DNA of 64,000 nt from Thermoplasmata archaeon (GCA_021803655.1 JAJZLK010000023.1:292-64291); one strand, 5' to 3'. Counted from the stretch's first letter, positions 10,938 to 21,405 are shown. Notes: generated from the letters alone by a model not told the origin. Numbers and translations: made by a program.

Positions 10938-12020
10938 GTGATAGAAGTGGACAGAAGAATCTTTAGGGGAGGCATCCTGGTAAGCGGGGTCCTGCTACTG
11001 GTATCTCCGTTTATTCCCTGGTGGTTAGCAACCGGGCCGGACTTGACATGGACCATACGCTTCTACCCTTTCTTTTATACAGCCTCCGGCCATTCGTGGC
11101 CCTTATCGTTTGACTTTCCCTCCATAACCCCGACAATGATGCTGGGAGGTGTTTTCGTACTGCTTGGTGGAATACTGGCAGTGTTTAAGGAACTTTCACC
11201 CCTGGTCTGGAAGACTCTTGAAGGCAGGTCGAAACTGCTTCTGAGAACACTCCCTGCTGTTTCGGCAGGAATTCTTCCCATCGCTGGTTCTACCTTCTTC
11301 GTGTTGGGATTGAACAGTGAGCTCATATCCACGTCCAGATATTTCACACCAGGAGGTAGTGGATCATCAATATTGTCATTACTTGGCCCGGGTTACTATA
11401 TGGCGCTCACACTGGGTTCTGTGATCCTGATCTTATTCACGATAGAACGGAGGGAGCACTTGCATCTGGTTTGGAGTTCTGCATCATTGAAGAGAATCTC
11501 CAGAATTGGAATACTGCTGTGCGGGGTTCTTCTCCTTGTATCTCCCTTCATTCCATGGATGAACCTCAGATACTGGTCTGGACTGAAAGGGTACACTTTA
11601 ACCCAGAACTTCTACCCGTTCTACCAAACAGTCTACGAAAACGCCTCAGGACAAACCATAAACGGCATGTACGGCATGCCCTTGATCACGATGGTCGGAG
11701 GAGTTCTTGTCATAGTTGGCGGAATACTGGCAATCATTACTGGTTTCCCTTCGGTGATCGAGAAGCCGTTGGAAGGCAGAACTAAGGTACCTGTCAGAAT
11801 ATCTCTCCCGATTCTTGGTGGCGTGCTTCCTGTCATCGGTTCCATTCTCTTTCTTTTGGGAATGGAGATGTATTTTGGTTATAATAGCGGGCTGTATCAT
11901 AGCCTCTCATGGCGGCTAGGCACAGGTTTCTATATGACACTGGTTCTCAGCTCCCTGATCCTTATTTTATTCGCGGTGGAAGGGATAATCTCTGTGCACC
12001 AAGTTAAGAATATTGCGTAA
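10938..12020 (+). CDS. Polytopic membrane protein made of two tandem homologous halves
   Basis: 360 aa, GTG start. Both halves share GVLLLVSPFIPW, FYPF, GGILA, LEGR(S/T)K, LP..G(I/V)LP(I/V).GS and ILILF..E. No known family recognised. Confidence 0.7.
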   Translation: MIEVDRRIFRGGILVSGVLLLVSPFIPWWLATGPDLTWTIRFYPFFYTASGHSWPLSFDFPSITPTMMLGGVFVLLGGILAVFKELSPLVWKTLEGRSKLLLRTLPAVSAGILPIAGSTFFVLGLNSELISTSRYFTPGGSGSSILSLLGPGYYMALTLGSVILILFTIERREHLHLVWSSASLKRISRIGILLCGVLLLVSPFIPWMNLRYWSGLKGYTLTQNFYPFYQTVYENASGQTINGMYGMPLITMVGGVLVIVGGILAIITGFPSVIEKPLEGRTKVPVRISLPILGGVLPVIGSILFLLGMEMYFGYNSGLYHSLSWRLGTGFYMTLVLSSLILILFAVEGIISVHQVKNIA

Positions 12021-12360
12021 GAAGTTTTTGGAAATCTCGTTGATTCTATCGTGGTTCCTGGAGTCCCCATACGGCGCTTTCTATGCGTTGCCGCTATCCT
12101 CTCAGTACTTTTCAGTGGAATCTCTGGCACGATGTTTGTTGTCAGCAGTGCGTCTCATGCTCCCGGGAACATTCATCACTTTGTATTCCGCGAGAATGTG
12201 GAGAACGGATCGAGCGATTCATATTCATCAGAATCAGGAATCACTCCAAACATGTTCCCAAGACTCCCCGGAGGCGGAGGATCAACTACCGTCCAGATTA
12301 CTCCTCCATGATACGATATTGTGCCCCTGGCCAACTTCTTGATCGTGTTTAGGAATGGAA

Positions 12361-12756
12361 TCAGTTCTGGAGTTCCTTCTTCATCTTCTCGAACTCCTCC
12401 TGGGTTATCTCGCCTTTCGCATACCGTCGCCTGAGTATCTCGATAGATGATGTCCCATAATCGCTTTCGCGGACATTCTCCGGATGCATGATTTCCATCA
12501 GGTAGTAGAGGAAGATTATCAGGAGAACGGTACCAATTATAGCCATAAGCGGCATGAGAATGAACATCCCTCCCGCAAAGCCCATCATCCCGTATGGTCC
12601 GTAGGTTGTAAATCCTGAACCAAACACCAGCGCAAACGCCACTGAGACAGTCACTGCGATAGCAACCAGCCCGACGAGTAACCAGATAAGTTTTTCACCC
12701 TTAGTTGTCATAATAATTACCATGCTGAAACCATAGATAAACCCGGACTGAAACAT
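12361..12756 (-). CDS. Membrane protein with C-terminal SHOCT domain
   Basis: 131 aa (start may be the internal MTTKGEK). 3 TM segments, then LRRRYAKGEITQEEFEKMKKEL, the SHOCT signature. Confidence 0.7.
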   Translation of the reverse strand: MFQSGFIYGFSMVIIMTTKGEKLIWLLVGLVAIAVTVSVAFALVFGSGFTTYGPYGMMGFAGGMFILMPLMAIIGTVLLIIFLYYLMEIMHPENVRESDYGTSSIEILRRRYAKGEITQEEFEKMKKELQN

Positions 12757-12774
12757 GTTTCATGACCGGTGTTT

Positions 12775-13269
12775 CTATTTCCATTTTTCAAGTATCAGCT
12801 CATTGGTAACCCCCTTCCTGGTCTTTGAGATGATCCCCTTCTTTTCAAGATCAGCGACCAGCCGGGATACCGTTGCCCTGGATAATCCGCTTCCGGAGAC
12901 AAGCCTGCTCTGCATTATTCTTCCCCCGTGTCCAATCATTTCGTCGACAATAATTTCCTCTCCCCTGTTGAGCACGTACCCTTCCTGACTCTCTGTCTCT
13001 GAAGTAAAACCTGCTAACCTGATTATGCTCCTCGCAGAGAGGAACATAACCGTGAGAGATGAACCTGTGGCTACGAGAAGCGGGATCAGTATCACAGATT
13101 CCGGACCCCCGGAGATCAGGACCGCGGATACATAGATCATCATGGAAAACAGCAGGATCGTGAAGGACGAGAGAAAGCAGACTCCCATGAAGATCAGGGA
13201 CCTGTAAGTTTCGTATCTCATTTTTCCACGGCATCTCCTGCACAGAGCTTTGCAACGCGATGAAACCAT
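12775..13269 (-). CDS. Membrane-associated winged-helix (MarR/TrmB-like HTH) protein
   Basis: The ORF-track start (13440) would overlap acyP on the opposite strand, so I prefer ATG 13269 (MVSSRCKALCRRCRGK). Two TM helices, then a C-terminal HTH: IMQSRLVSGSGLSRATVSRLVADLEKKGII. Confidence 0.6.
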   Translation of the reverse strand: MVSSRCKALCRRCRGKMRYETYRSLIFMGVCFLSSFTILLFSMMIYVSAVLISGGPESVILIPLLVATGSSLTVMFLSARSIIRLAGFTSETESQEGYVLNRGEEIIVDEMIGHGGRIMQSRLVSGSGLSRATVSRLVADLEKKGIISKTRKGVTNELILEKWK

Positions 13270-13345
13270 ATTCCTTCCCTGCTCATTGACCTTTTCATCT
13301 TCATGAATCCCGGCAACGTTTTCAATTGCGAAATCATGCTCAGAC

Positions 13346-13615
13346 GTGAACGCAACGGTCAGGGTGATCTTCAGGGGAAGGGTACAGGGAGTTAATTTCA
13401 GGAATAGCACGTATATCAGGGCAATGGAACTCGGAGTCACAGGATGGGTGAGAAATCTTCCGGATGGTACCGTTGAGGGAACGTTTTCAGGAGATGACCA
13501 TTCTGTCCAGGAACTGGTGGACTACTGCAAGTCCGGCATAAGAAGGGCAGTGGTTGAAGAGGCCACCGTAGAGCATTTACAGTTCAGCCCATTTGACGAT
13601 TTCCAGATCGCATGA
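13346..13615 (+). CDS. acyP: Acylphosphatase
   Basis: 89 aa, GTG start. [15 protein letters not shown] and [12 protein letters not shown] are the two acylphosphatase signatures. Confidence 0.85.
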   Translation: MNATVRVIFRGRVQGVNFRNSTYIRAMELGVTGWVRNLPDGTVEGTFSGDDHSVQELVDYCKSGIRRAVVEEATVEHLQFSPFDDFQIA

Positions 13616-13618
13616 AGG

Positions 13619-14938
13619 TTATCCTGATATAATGAACCGGTAACCCAGGGATTCGAGCTTTTTCTGCAGGAGATCCGCATGATCCGGCCCCCTTACGTTC
13701 ACGGTGAAGGTTACTGACTGGTATCCCACTGGAGTGTCCTCCGAAAGATTGTCCACCTCCGCATGGTAGATGTTTCCGCCCACATCCGATATGCTTGAAG
13801 CTATCCTGTGAAGCGTTCCGGGTCTGTCCGGGATCTTAAACTCTATCCTGACCAGCTTTCTCTCCATTTCCATGGACTTGTAGATTATCTTGGACAGAAG
13901 AAGGAGGTTTGCGTTTCCGCCCGACACGACCATCACGGTCTTCTTCCCCTTTATGTCAATCTTTCCTTCAAGTGCAGCCGCCAGTGGGGCTGCCCCGGAT
14001 GGTTCTGCCAGGATCTTGTTCCTCTCGAGGAGCTTGAAGAGAGCAAGTGCGATGGATTCGTCGCTTACCGTTACGATATCATCCACATATTTCATGCATA
14101 TCTCCAGTGTCACGTCTCCTGGATACTTTATGGCGATCCCGTCCGCAATGGTTTCGCCGGTGACGTGAGAGACCAGATTTCCCTCCTCAACAGACTTCTT
14201 CATTGAATCAATAAGTTCCGACTGAACTCCGTATATCTTTATAGAGGGATTGATGTATTTTGCGGCGAGAGCTATTCCGGAGATAAGTCCGCCGCCACCT
14301 ACGGGCACGACGATTGCTTCCACTCCCTTGAGTTCCTCCAGTATCTCAAGACCTATTGTTCCCTGCCCGGAGATGATCCATGGGTCATTGAATCCTTCAA
14401 TGAATGTGCTGCCTTCCTCCTTGCAGATCCTGAGAGCGTGCTCCCTAGCCTCGTTGTAATCTTTTCCCTTGAGGATTACCTCTGCTCTGTATCCCATGAC
14501 CGCGTTAACCTTCGCGGGAGTGGTGAATTCCGGCATGATGATCTTTGCGTGGATTCCATGCATGTTAGCAGCATATGCAACCCCCTGTGCGTGATTGCCT
14601 GCACTGACTGCTATAACCCCTTTCCGTCTCTCCTCAGCGTTCAGCGAGGACATCTTGTAAAGTGCTCCGCGTGTCTTGAATGAGCCTGTTTTCTGCATGT
14701 TCTCAAGTTTGAAGTAAACCTCGGACTGCAACGAATCGCTGAAGGTCTTGGAATAGTCCAGTGGAGTCCTGTTTACCTGTCCCTTTATCGATTCCGACGC
14801 CTTGCGTATGTCTTCAAGGGACGGTATCTCAAAGCTTCCCAATAATATCGGTCTGGGATGGTCTAGCGGATAATTAAGGTTTATTTCTGTTGAAAAGGTC
14901 AAGCGGATTCCGGCGGTCCGGGAATTGTGAGATCGCAC
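13619..14938 (-). CDS. Threonine ammonia-lyase (threonine dehydratase) with C-terminal ACT-like domain
   Basis: 439 aa. PLP-lysine motif KTGSFKTRGA, glycine loop PVGGGGLISG, and a C-terminal regulatory domain. The start may be about 30 codons further in. Confidence 0.85.
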   Translation of the reverse strand: MRSHNSRTAGIRLTFSTEINLNYPLDHPRPILLGSFEIPSLEDIRKASESIKGQVNRTPLDYSKTFSDSLQSEVYFKLENMQKTGSFKTRGALYKMSSLNAEERRKGVIAVSAGNHAQGVAYAANMHGIHAKIIMPEFTTPAKVNAVMGYRAEVILKGKDYNEAREHALRICKEEGSTFIEGFNDPWIISGQGTIGLEILEELKGVEAIVVPVGGGGLISGIALAAKYINPSIKIYGVQSELIDSMKKSVEEGNLVSHVTGETIADGIAIKYPGDVTLEICMKYVDDIVTVSDESIALALFKLLERNKILAEPSGAAPLAAALEGKIDIKGKKTVMVVSGGNANLLLLSKIIYKSMEMERKLVRIEFKIPDRPGTLHRIASSISDVGGNIYHAEVDNLSEDTPVGYQSVTFTVNVRGPDHADLLQKKLESLGYRFIISG

Positions 14939-14945
14939 CTTGTCG

Positions 14946-15545
14946 CTATTTATTCAGTGACAGGGATGGAAATCCCACCACGATGAATGTATTTGACTCT
15001 TCTTCGTCTTTCGTTGGCGCACTCTCTGAGAGAATACGTTCGATCCCTTTCATATGATTCAGGATTTTATTGTAGGTCGTGGGGGTTAATCTTGAGTATC
15101 CGAAGATCAGACGATCCTCCTGAACCAGTCTTCTGTACTGTTCCATCTGCTCATCGGTTGCAAGGTTAATTTCCTCAGCCAGTATTTTCAGGACAAGGGA
15201 TTGTGTAAGGAGAAATGATCCTAAGAGGCCCCTCATGTCTTCAAGATTCATCTTCCTGATCGCGTCCATCCAGTTCTCCGGAACAAGATTCTCGAATAAA
15301 TCCCTGTTTATGTCATAGTATTTCTCGACATAGTTCTTTTCCGCTCTTATTTCCGGTTTCGTGAGAATACCCAGAGATACCAGTTCGGAAACGACCTGGT
15401 AAAGGTTCGATCTGGTGGTACCGATCACGCCTGACATCTGGGTTACAGTCATTTTGCCTTTCTGTGTGAGAATGGTAATAACGGAAAGCTTCGTTGGGGA
15501 CTGGAAGGCATCGATGAGCAGCCGGTAATTCTTCCTGTCTGCCAT
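14946..15545 (-). CDS. ArsR/winged-helix family transcriptional regulator
   Basis: 199 aa. N-terminal wHTH: LSVITILTQKGKMTVTQMSGVIGTTRSNLYQVVSELVSLGIL. Confidence 0.7.
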   Translation of the reverse strand: MADRKNYRLLIDAFQSPTKLSVITILTQKGKMTVTQMSGVIGTTRSNLYQVVSELVSLGILTKPEIRAEKNYVEKYYDINRDLFENLVPENWMDAIRKMNLEDMRGLLGSFLLTQSLVLKILAEEINLATDEQMEQYRRLVQEDRLIFGYSRLTPTTYNKILNHMKGIERILSESAPTKDEEESNTFIVVGFPSLSLNK

Positions 15546-15555
15546 ATGTGCTAGA

Positions 15556-15566
15556 TTTATATATAT
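15556..15566 (+). promoter_or_regulatory. TATA-box candidate for the MFS transporter gene
   Basis: TTTATATATAT lies about 35 nt upstream of ATG 15597, in the divergent gap shared with the ArsR-type regulator gene. Confidence 0.4.
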
Positions 15567-15596
15567 GATTTAACTTTACGTATCAGTTGAACTTAT

Positions 15597-16796
15597 ATGT
15601 CACAGGATAGACAATACCTAGGACCAAACACTTCCAAGTACATGGGTCTGCTTATCTCCAGGAACCTGCTGAGGCTCATTTCCTTTATTTTCTACGTTTT
15701 CTTCATCTGGACAGTTGTCACGAAATATCATTCAGTATTCCTCGCAGGCATGATACCCGCGTTTTCCATGCTTGGCTACCTTCTGGTCCTGATCCCCGAA
15801 GGGCACATTCTTGACACCCGGAGCAGATCCCGTACAATTTTTATCTCAGTGGCTGCGCTGACGGTTACCTATGCGACCCTCTTCGGGTTTGATTCCCTGT
15901 TTGACATATACGCCGTAGATCTGGTCTCATCGGCATTGACGTGGATAATCTCGGACTCATTCCATTCCCTTACAAAGGAAATGGTGCCGGATGAACATCT
16001 TCAGAAGGCGATCTCCACGAACCAGATGGCCACAGGAGTGGACGACATTGTTGGAATCCTTGTCGGAGGCTTGTTTATCTACATAGGCATGTTCTTCATG
16101 GTTGCAACGCTGGTTTCTGTCTCTCTCCTTTCACTGTATCTTGCACGACCGCGTTTCCGGTCAAACCCGGGAGGGGAGAAGACCTCATTCCGTGGTGTAT
16201 TCTCCATAATCCGGAAGATGTACCCGTTCATGGTGATAGGTTTCGTCCTCAATGGCCTGTTCATAGCCATAGACGTTTACAGTTCCGGCCTGATCTACAT
16301 GATCTACGGTTATCCTCCCCTGTATTACATGCTGTTCCTCCTTGGTTTCCCCGTGGGGGTGCTTCTAGGAGGCATTATCGTGATGAAACTCCATGGGAAG
16401 ATCAATGAGCCCGTAGCCGTAGGTCTCGGCATCCTGATAGTTGGAACATTAATGTCGGTGATTCCATTCAATTCCATCGTCGCCGTCGATCCGTTTCTTA
16501 CAGCCTCAATGGGAGTGGTCGCTTCCATCGTGAACATTGCAATAGGAACGATAATCATCAGGGCTGTTCCCAATGAACTTACAGGAAGATTCAACGCTTT
16601 TGCCACAATTTTCTTCGCAGGAGGTTCTCCTTTGATGGCAGTTGTGTTCAGTGCCCTTGCCGGTTTGGTATACTTCCCTTACGTAATGTCGGTTGCCGGC
16701 CTTGTAGCCGCAATCCTCTGCATTCCGGGATATCTGTCGGTCAAAGGGATGAAATGGCAAGTTGCTGCGGAAACTCAGGAAAGTACAGTTTCCTGA
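15597..16796 (+). CDS. Major facilitator superfamily transporter
   Basis: 399 aa, about 12 TM helices in a 6+6 arrangement with a basic central loop (ARPRFRSNPGGEK). Confidence 0.75.
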   Translation: MSQDRQYLGPNTSKYMGLLISRNLLRLISFIFYVFFIWTVVTKYHSVFLAGMIPAFSMLGYLLVLIPEGHILDTRSRSRTIFISVAALTVTYATLFGFDSLFDIYAVDLVSSALTWIISDSFHSLTKEMVPDEHLQKAISTNQMATGVDDIVGILVGGLFIYIGMFFMVATLVSVSLLSLYLARPRFRSNPGGEKTSFRGVFSIIRKMYPFMVIGFVLNGLFIAIDVYSSGLIYMIYGYPPLYYMLFLLGFPVGVLLGGIIVMKLHGKINEPVAVGLGILIVGTLMSVIPFNSIVAVDPFLTASMGVVASIVNIAIGTIIIRAVPNELTGRFNAFATIFFAGGSPLMAVVFSALAGLVYFPYVMSVAGLVAAILCIPGYLSVKGMKWQVAAETQESTVS

Positions 16797-16803
16797 ATTT
16801 CAT

Positions 16804-17706
<903 letters not shown>

Positions 17707-17751
17707 CTATGCATTCCGTTAATATTTTTTCCTGCATATCACTCACCAGTC

Positions 17752-18723
17752 ATGGAGTTTGGAGTCATTGGTCTCGGGAACCATGCGATCAACAGAATAA
17801 TTCCAGCCATTGCCAGGGCAGGCCATTCAGTTTCCGCCGTATACTCCAGGAGCGGGGAGAAAGCGGAAAAGATATCTGGACAGACTGGTGCAGAACCCTT
17901 CACCTCCCTGGAGAAATTTCTTTCTCATCGGTTCGAAGCAGCATACATCGCTTCACCAAACTTCCTCCATTTCGATCACGCAATGTCATGCCTTGATTCG
18001 GGAAAGGATGTCCTGCTGGAAAAACCGATGACGGTCCTCACGGAGGATGCCGAAACACTCGTCAGGAAATCCGCATCCTCCGGAAGAAAACTGGCAGTGG
18101 CATTCCACATGAGGTTCCATCCTGCAATTCAGATCATCAGGGACGCCCTGGAAAGGGAAGAAATTGGCAATGTCACGAGAATTTCCGGTACATGGGGCGG
18201 CCTTTCCACCTCAAGGATCGACACCCCGGATACCAGGTGGTGGAGGATTCCCGCGGAAGTTGGAGGAGGATCTGTGATGGGAACCGGAGTCCACGTGATC
18301 GATTCCATAAGGTATGTTACCGGAGATTCACCTGAAGCAGTCTTTGCCAGGCGCTACCCGAGGAGGGAGATAATTGACAGCACTGAAGAGATCATGCTTT
18401 CGTTCGGCAGGTATACTGCACATGTGACCTCTTCCAGGAAGATGTTCATGCCGGACAACAGCCTCTACATACATGGGGATGAGGGGACAATAGAGGGTGC
18501 CTCCATATTCGGGACTGAGATAAAGGGAAAGGTCGTGGTTAACGGAAAGATCGTGAAGTCATTCAGGGGCGGCAGTCCATATGTCGGAGAAATTTCCGGT
18601 TTTGTGGACCTCGTGAACGGGAAGAAGTCCAGGATCGCCATGGGAGAGGATGGCCTTGCAGCGGTGCGAATCGTCAATGCCGCAGTTCTCTCTGACAGCG
18701 AGGGGAAAGAGGTGAAGATCTGA
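17752..18723 (+). CDS. Gfo/Idh/MocA family oxidoreductase
   Basis: 323 aa. N-terminal Rossmann segment FGVIGLGNHA and EKPM motif (VLLEKPM). Confidence 0.85.
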   Translation: MEFGVIGLGNHAINRIIPAIARAGHSVSAVYSRSGEKAEKISGQTGAEPFTSLEKFLSHRFEAAYIASPNFLHFDHAMSCLDSGKDVLLEKPMTVLTEDAETLVRKSASSGRKLAVAFHMRFHPAIQIIRDALEREEIGNVTRISGTWGGLSTSRIDTPDTRWWRIPAEVGGGSVMGTGVHVIDSIRYVTGDSPEAVFARRYPRREIIDSTEEIMLSFGRYTAHVTSSRKMFMPDNSLYIHGDEGTIEGASIFGTEIKGKVVVNGKIVKSFRGGSPYVGEISGFVDLVNGKKSRIAMGEDGLAAVRIVNAAVLSDSEGKEVKI

Positions 18724-19383
18724 TTGCTGCGGACCATTGATCCTGATGGCATTTACTGGAAGAGACTCGTTTTCTCAAAGGACAATATCAGGATGGATGT
18801 CGCTGCATTCAGGTCGTATGCATACCTCCTGGTACCCCCTGCAGGACACGTAATCTTATTCAGGGCGCAGTCAAGCGAAAACAAGGTTGAGTTCTTCGCA
18901 GGTGCCGATGCCCCGGACGTTCTTTCCAGGTTCGCCTCCTTCTTCTTCCACATGTATGGAACGTATGCGGAAGATGGTATTCCCCAGGATATTGAGGGGA
19001 ACCGCATCTCCCTGATTCCTGTATGGAAAAAGGTTCCTGACTTCTACCACCCTGCCCTGCTGAAGTCCATAATATTCCTTCCCACCACGCTGAAGGGCAT
19101 GAAGATAGATTACACCGCAGTGATCTCATCAAGACGGAGACTCGGAAAGCGGAGATTCTCGTTCGCAGCCTCTATCCTCTCAGACGCCCCCTTCGACAGG
19201 GTAGTGGAACTCGTCGACATCCTCAGGTTCGAAGCTGCTGATCTCAGGGAGAAGACGGGATTGAAGCTGAGAATCGTGACCGGGGAGCGAATCACTTTCC
19301 GCAACGATCGGTTCACGACACCTTTTCACCTTGCAACCTTCGTGAGGATTCCCTCCGACCAGGATCTTGAGGTAATTACTTGA
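18724..19383 (+). CDS. Hypothetical protein, tightly coupled to the downstream methyltransferase
   Basis: 219 aa, TTG start abutting the upstream stop (an ATG alternative lies 23 codons in). No motif recognised. Confidence 0.5.
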   Translation: MLRTIDPDGIYWKRLVFSKDNIRMDVAAFRSYAYLLVPPAGHVILFRAQSSENKVEFFAGADAPDVLSRFASFFFHMYGTYAEDGIPQDIEGNRISLIPVWKKVPDFYHPALLKSIIFLPTTLKGMKIDYTAVISSRRRLGKRRFSFAASILSDAPFDRVVELVDILRFEAADLREKTGLKLRIVTGERITFRNDRFTTPFHLATFVRIPSDQDLEVIT

Positions 19384-19396
19384 TTAGATACGTGTT

Positions 19397-20497
19397 GTGG
19401 TAGCAACAGCCATGATCGCGAGAGAGTCGATACCTGAGTTCCGGCGGGATGGAGAATACCTGATCTTCAACCCCGGTGATTTCCTGAGGTTTCTGGCTGT
19501 TATCGGGCAGGCGGATTCTGTGCCTACCCTAAAGGAGACTGTGAGGTCATGTCTCGAGATATTCATGACGGCCAACGGGAAGGACCATGTTCCTGACGGT
19601 ACCTTCCGTGTGAAAAAGGTTGTCCTGGAAAGGCACCTGAAGCAGATATCAGGAGCCTTGACCATGGAGAGAGCCGCTTACTACATCAGGAGGCTTGAAA
19701 AATATGTGACTTCCGTCCCTTCAGGCCCTGTGGATATGAAGAGATGGCAGGATTACGACGAGATAATAACGGACAGCCTCTGGAACCTGGAGTCCAGGGA
19801 CAGATCCGAGGGTCACGACGCGGGATACTGGGGAAATTTCGTTCCGCAGATACCAAGACAGCTCATGCTCAGATACACCTCTCCGGGAGACCTCGTCCTT
19901 GAACCTTTCATGGGCGGTGGCACAACCCTGCTTGAGGCCATAAAGATGAACCGGAATTACATTGGAGTGGATCTGAACCCTGATCTGGTCGACCTTGCGC
20001 GCAGGAAGGCTTCATCAATTCTGTCAGATTCCAGGTATTTCCTTGAATGTGCAGATTCTTCCCAGACTGATTTCTGCAAACTGCTTGAGGTGAACGGCTT
20101 CAACCACGCCGATCTGGTGATCCTTCACCCTCCTTATCATGACATCATAAAATTCACTGAGAATCCGGCCGATCTTTCCCGGTCCCCGTCAGTGGATGAT
20201 TTCCTGCAGTCTCTGTTCTCCATTGTCTCTGCCTCGGAAAGGACGCTCAAGCGCGGAGGATATCTGACAATGGTGATCGGGGACAAATACGATTCTGCCC
20301 AGTGGATTCCATTGGGGTTCATGGTCATGCAGGAGATCCTGAAAACGGGACTGATCCTGAAGAGCATAGTGGTGAAGAACTTCAACCGGACAAAAGGAAA
20401 AAGGGGCCAGGAGATGTTATGGAGATACAGGGCCCTGGCCGGCGGGTTTTACGTGTTCAAGCATGAGTACATATTCATATTTCGCAAACGGCGTTAA
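19397..20497 (+). CDS. N6/N4 DNA-methylase-like (PF01555-like) methyltransferase with permuted motif order
   Basis: 366 aa. AdoMet motif I LVLEPFMGGGTT (aa 167-177) and IGVDLNP precede catalytic motif IV VILHPPYHD (aa 241-249). C-terminal RTLKRGGYLTMVIGDKY ... HEYIFIFRK resembles the N-terminal half of beta-class enzymes. Confidence 0.7.
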   Translation: MVATAMIARESIPEFRRDGEYLIFNPGDFLRFLAVIGQADSVPTLKETVRSCLEIFMTANGKDHVPDGTFRVKKVVLERHLKQISGALTMERAAYYIRRLEKYVTSVPSGPVDMKRWQDYDEIITDSLWNLESRDRSEGHDAGYWGNFVPQIPRQLMLRYTSPGDLVLEPFMGGGTTLLEAIKMNRNYIGVDLNPDLVDLARRKASSILSDSRYFLECADSSQTDFCKLLEVNGFNHADLVILHPPYHDIIKFTENPADLSRSPSVDDFLQSLFSIVSASERTLKRGGYLTMVIGDKYDSAQWIPLGFMVMQEILKTGLILKSIVVKNFNRTKGKRGQEMLWRYRALAGGFYVFKHEYIFIFRKRR

Positions 20498-21405
20498 TCC
20501 TTCCTGTTGCTGATAAGGGAAGAAAGTGCCATGTCTATCATGGGATACCGGAACTTGAATCCCATGGACTCTGCCTTCTCAGGCATTGCAGCGGCGCCGT
20601 TTATCAGCAGCGGTGCAGCCTTTCCAAACTTCATTTTCACTGCAAGCGCCGGTATCGGAAGGCTGGCAGATCTCCCCATTCTTTTCCCTATGGCCCTGGT
20701 GAATTCCTTCATCCTCACGGGATTCGGTGAGGAGGCGTTTATTGGCCCCCTGATTTGCTCGTTGCGAATGCATTCCAGTATGAGCGCTACCTCGTCATCC
20801 CTGTGTATCCACGAGACCCATTGCCTTCCCGGTTTTATGTACCCGCCCATGTGTTTCCTGAACAGCGGGATGATCTCCTTAAGGGTTCCAGAATCGCTGT
20901 CCAGGAATAGAGAAGTCCTCATGTTTACTACCCTTACGCCCAGTTGTTCTGCCTTCACGGCTTCCTCTTCCCACTTGCTGACCAGGTCCCCCCAGTAGTC
21001 CTTTCCTGCAGAACTTTCTTCCGTGAACTTCACGTCATTACTCTCCTCAGCACCATAATATCCTATTGCAGAACCGTTGATGAACACGGCGGGCTTCGGT
21101 GAGGCCTGCCTGATCATGCTCACCACATTTGCTGTGAATTTTATCCTGCTATCCTCGATGACTGCCAATTTTCCTGTACTGTTGATAGGAGCCCCGGTGA
21201 AGTTGAGAACCGCCCTTGATTCAGAAATCTCGTTGATGATCTCCCTTGTTTTCGTGAGCGCAATTACCTTGTCTGCGAAAGGGATCGATACCTTTTCGGG
21301 ATTCCTGGATACCACAACAACCTCCCAACCGCCGGCTTTCATTGCGCGTCCAACTGCGCTGCCAATTGCTCCCGTGCCGCCAAAAATGACGACTTTACCC
21401 TGCAT
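20494..21405 (-). CDS. SDR-family epimerase, YfcH/SDR39U1 type (C-terminal DUF1731)
   Basis: 303 aa. VIFGGTGAIGSAV Rossmann motif. C-terminal MPEKAESMGFKFRYP is typical of the TIGR01777 family. Confidence 0.85.
   Translation of the reverse strand: MQGKVVIFGGTGAIGSAVGRAMKAGGWEVVVVSRNPEKVSIPFADKVIALTKTREIINEISESRAVLNFTGAPINSTGKLAVIEDSRIKFTANVVSMIRQASPKPAVFINGSAIGYYGAEESNDVKFTEESSAGKDYWGDLVSKWEEEAVKAEQLGVRVVNMRTSLFLDSDSGTLKEIIPLFRKHMGGYIKPGRQWVSWIHRDDEVALILECIRNEQIRGPINASSPNPVRMKEFTRAIGKRMGRSASLPIPALAVKMKFGKAAPLLINGAAAMPEKAESMGFKFRYPMIDMALSSLISNRKD

Noticed and set aside
12013-12352. Three mutually overlapping plus-strand ORFs (109, 86 and 89 aa). The 86-aa one has a signal-peptide-like start (IRRFLCVAAILSVLFSGISG).
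   Set aside because: I cannot decide between the frames and see no motif. At most one is real, so they are left unannotated. Ribo-seq or homolog conservation would settle it.
13270-13440. N-terminal 57-codon extension of the membrane wHTH ORF.
   Set aside because: It would overlap the acylphosphatase gene on the opposite strand by about 95 nt. An internal ATG at 13269 gives a sensible protein.
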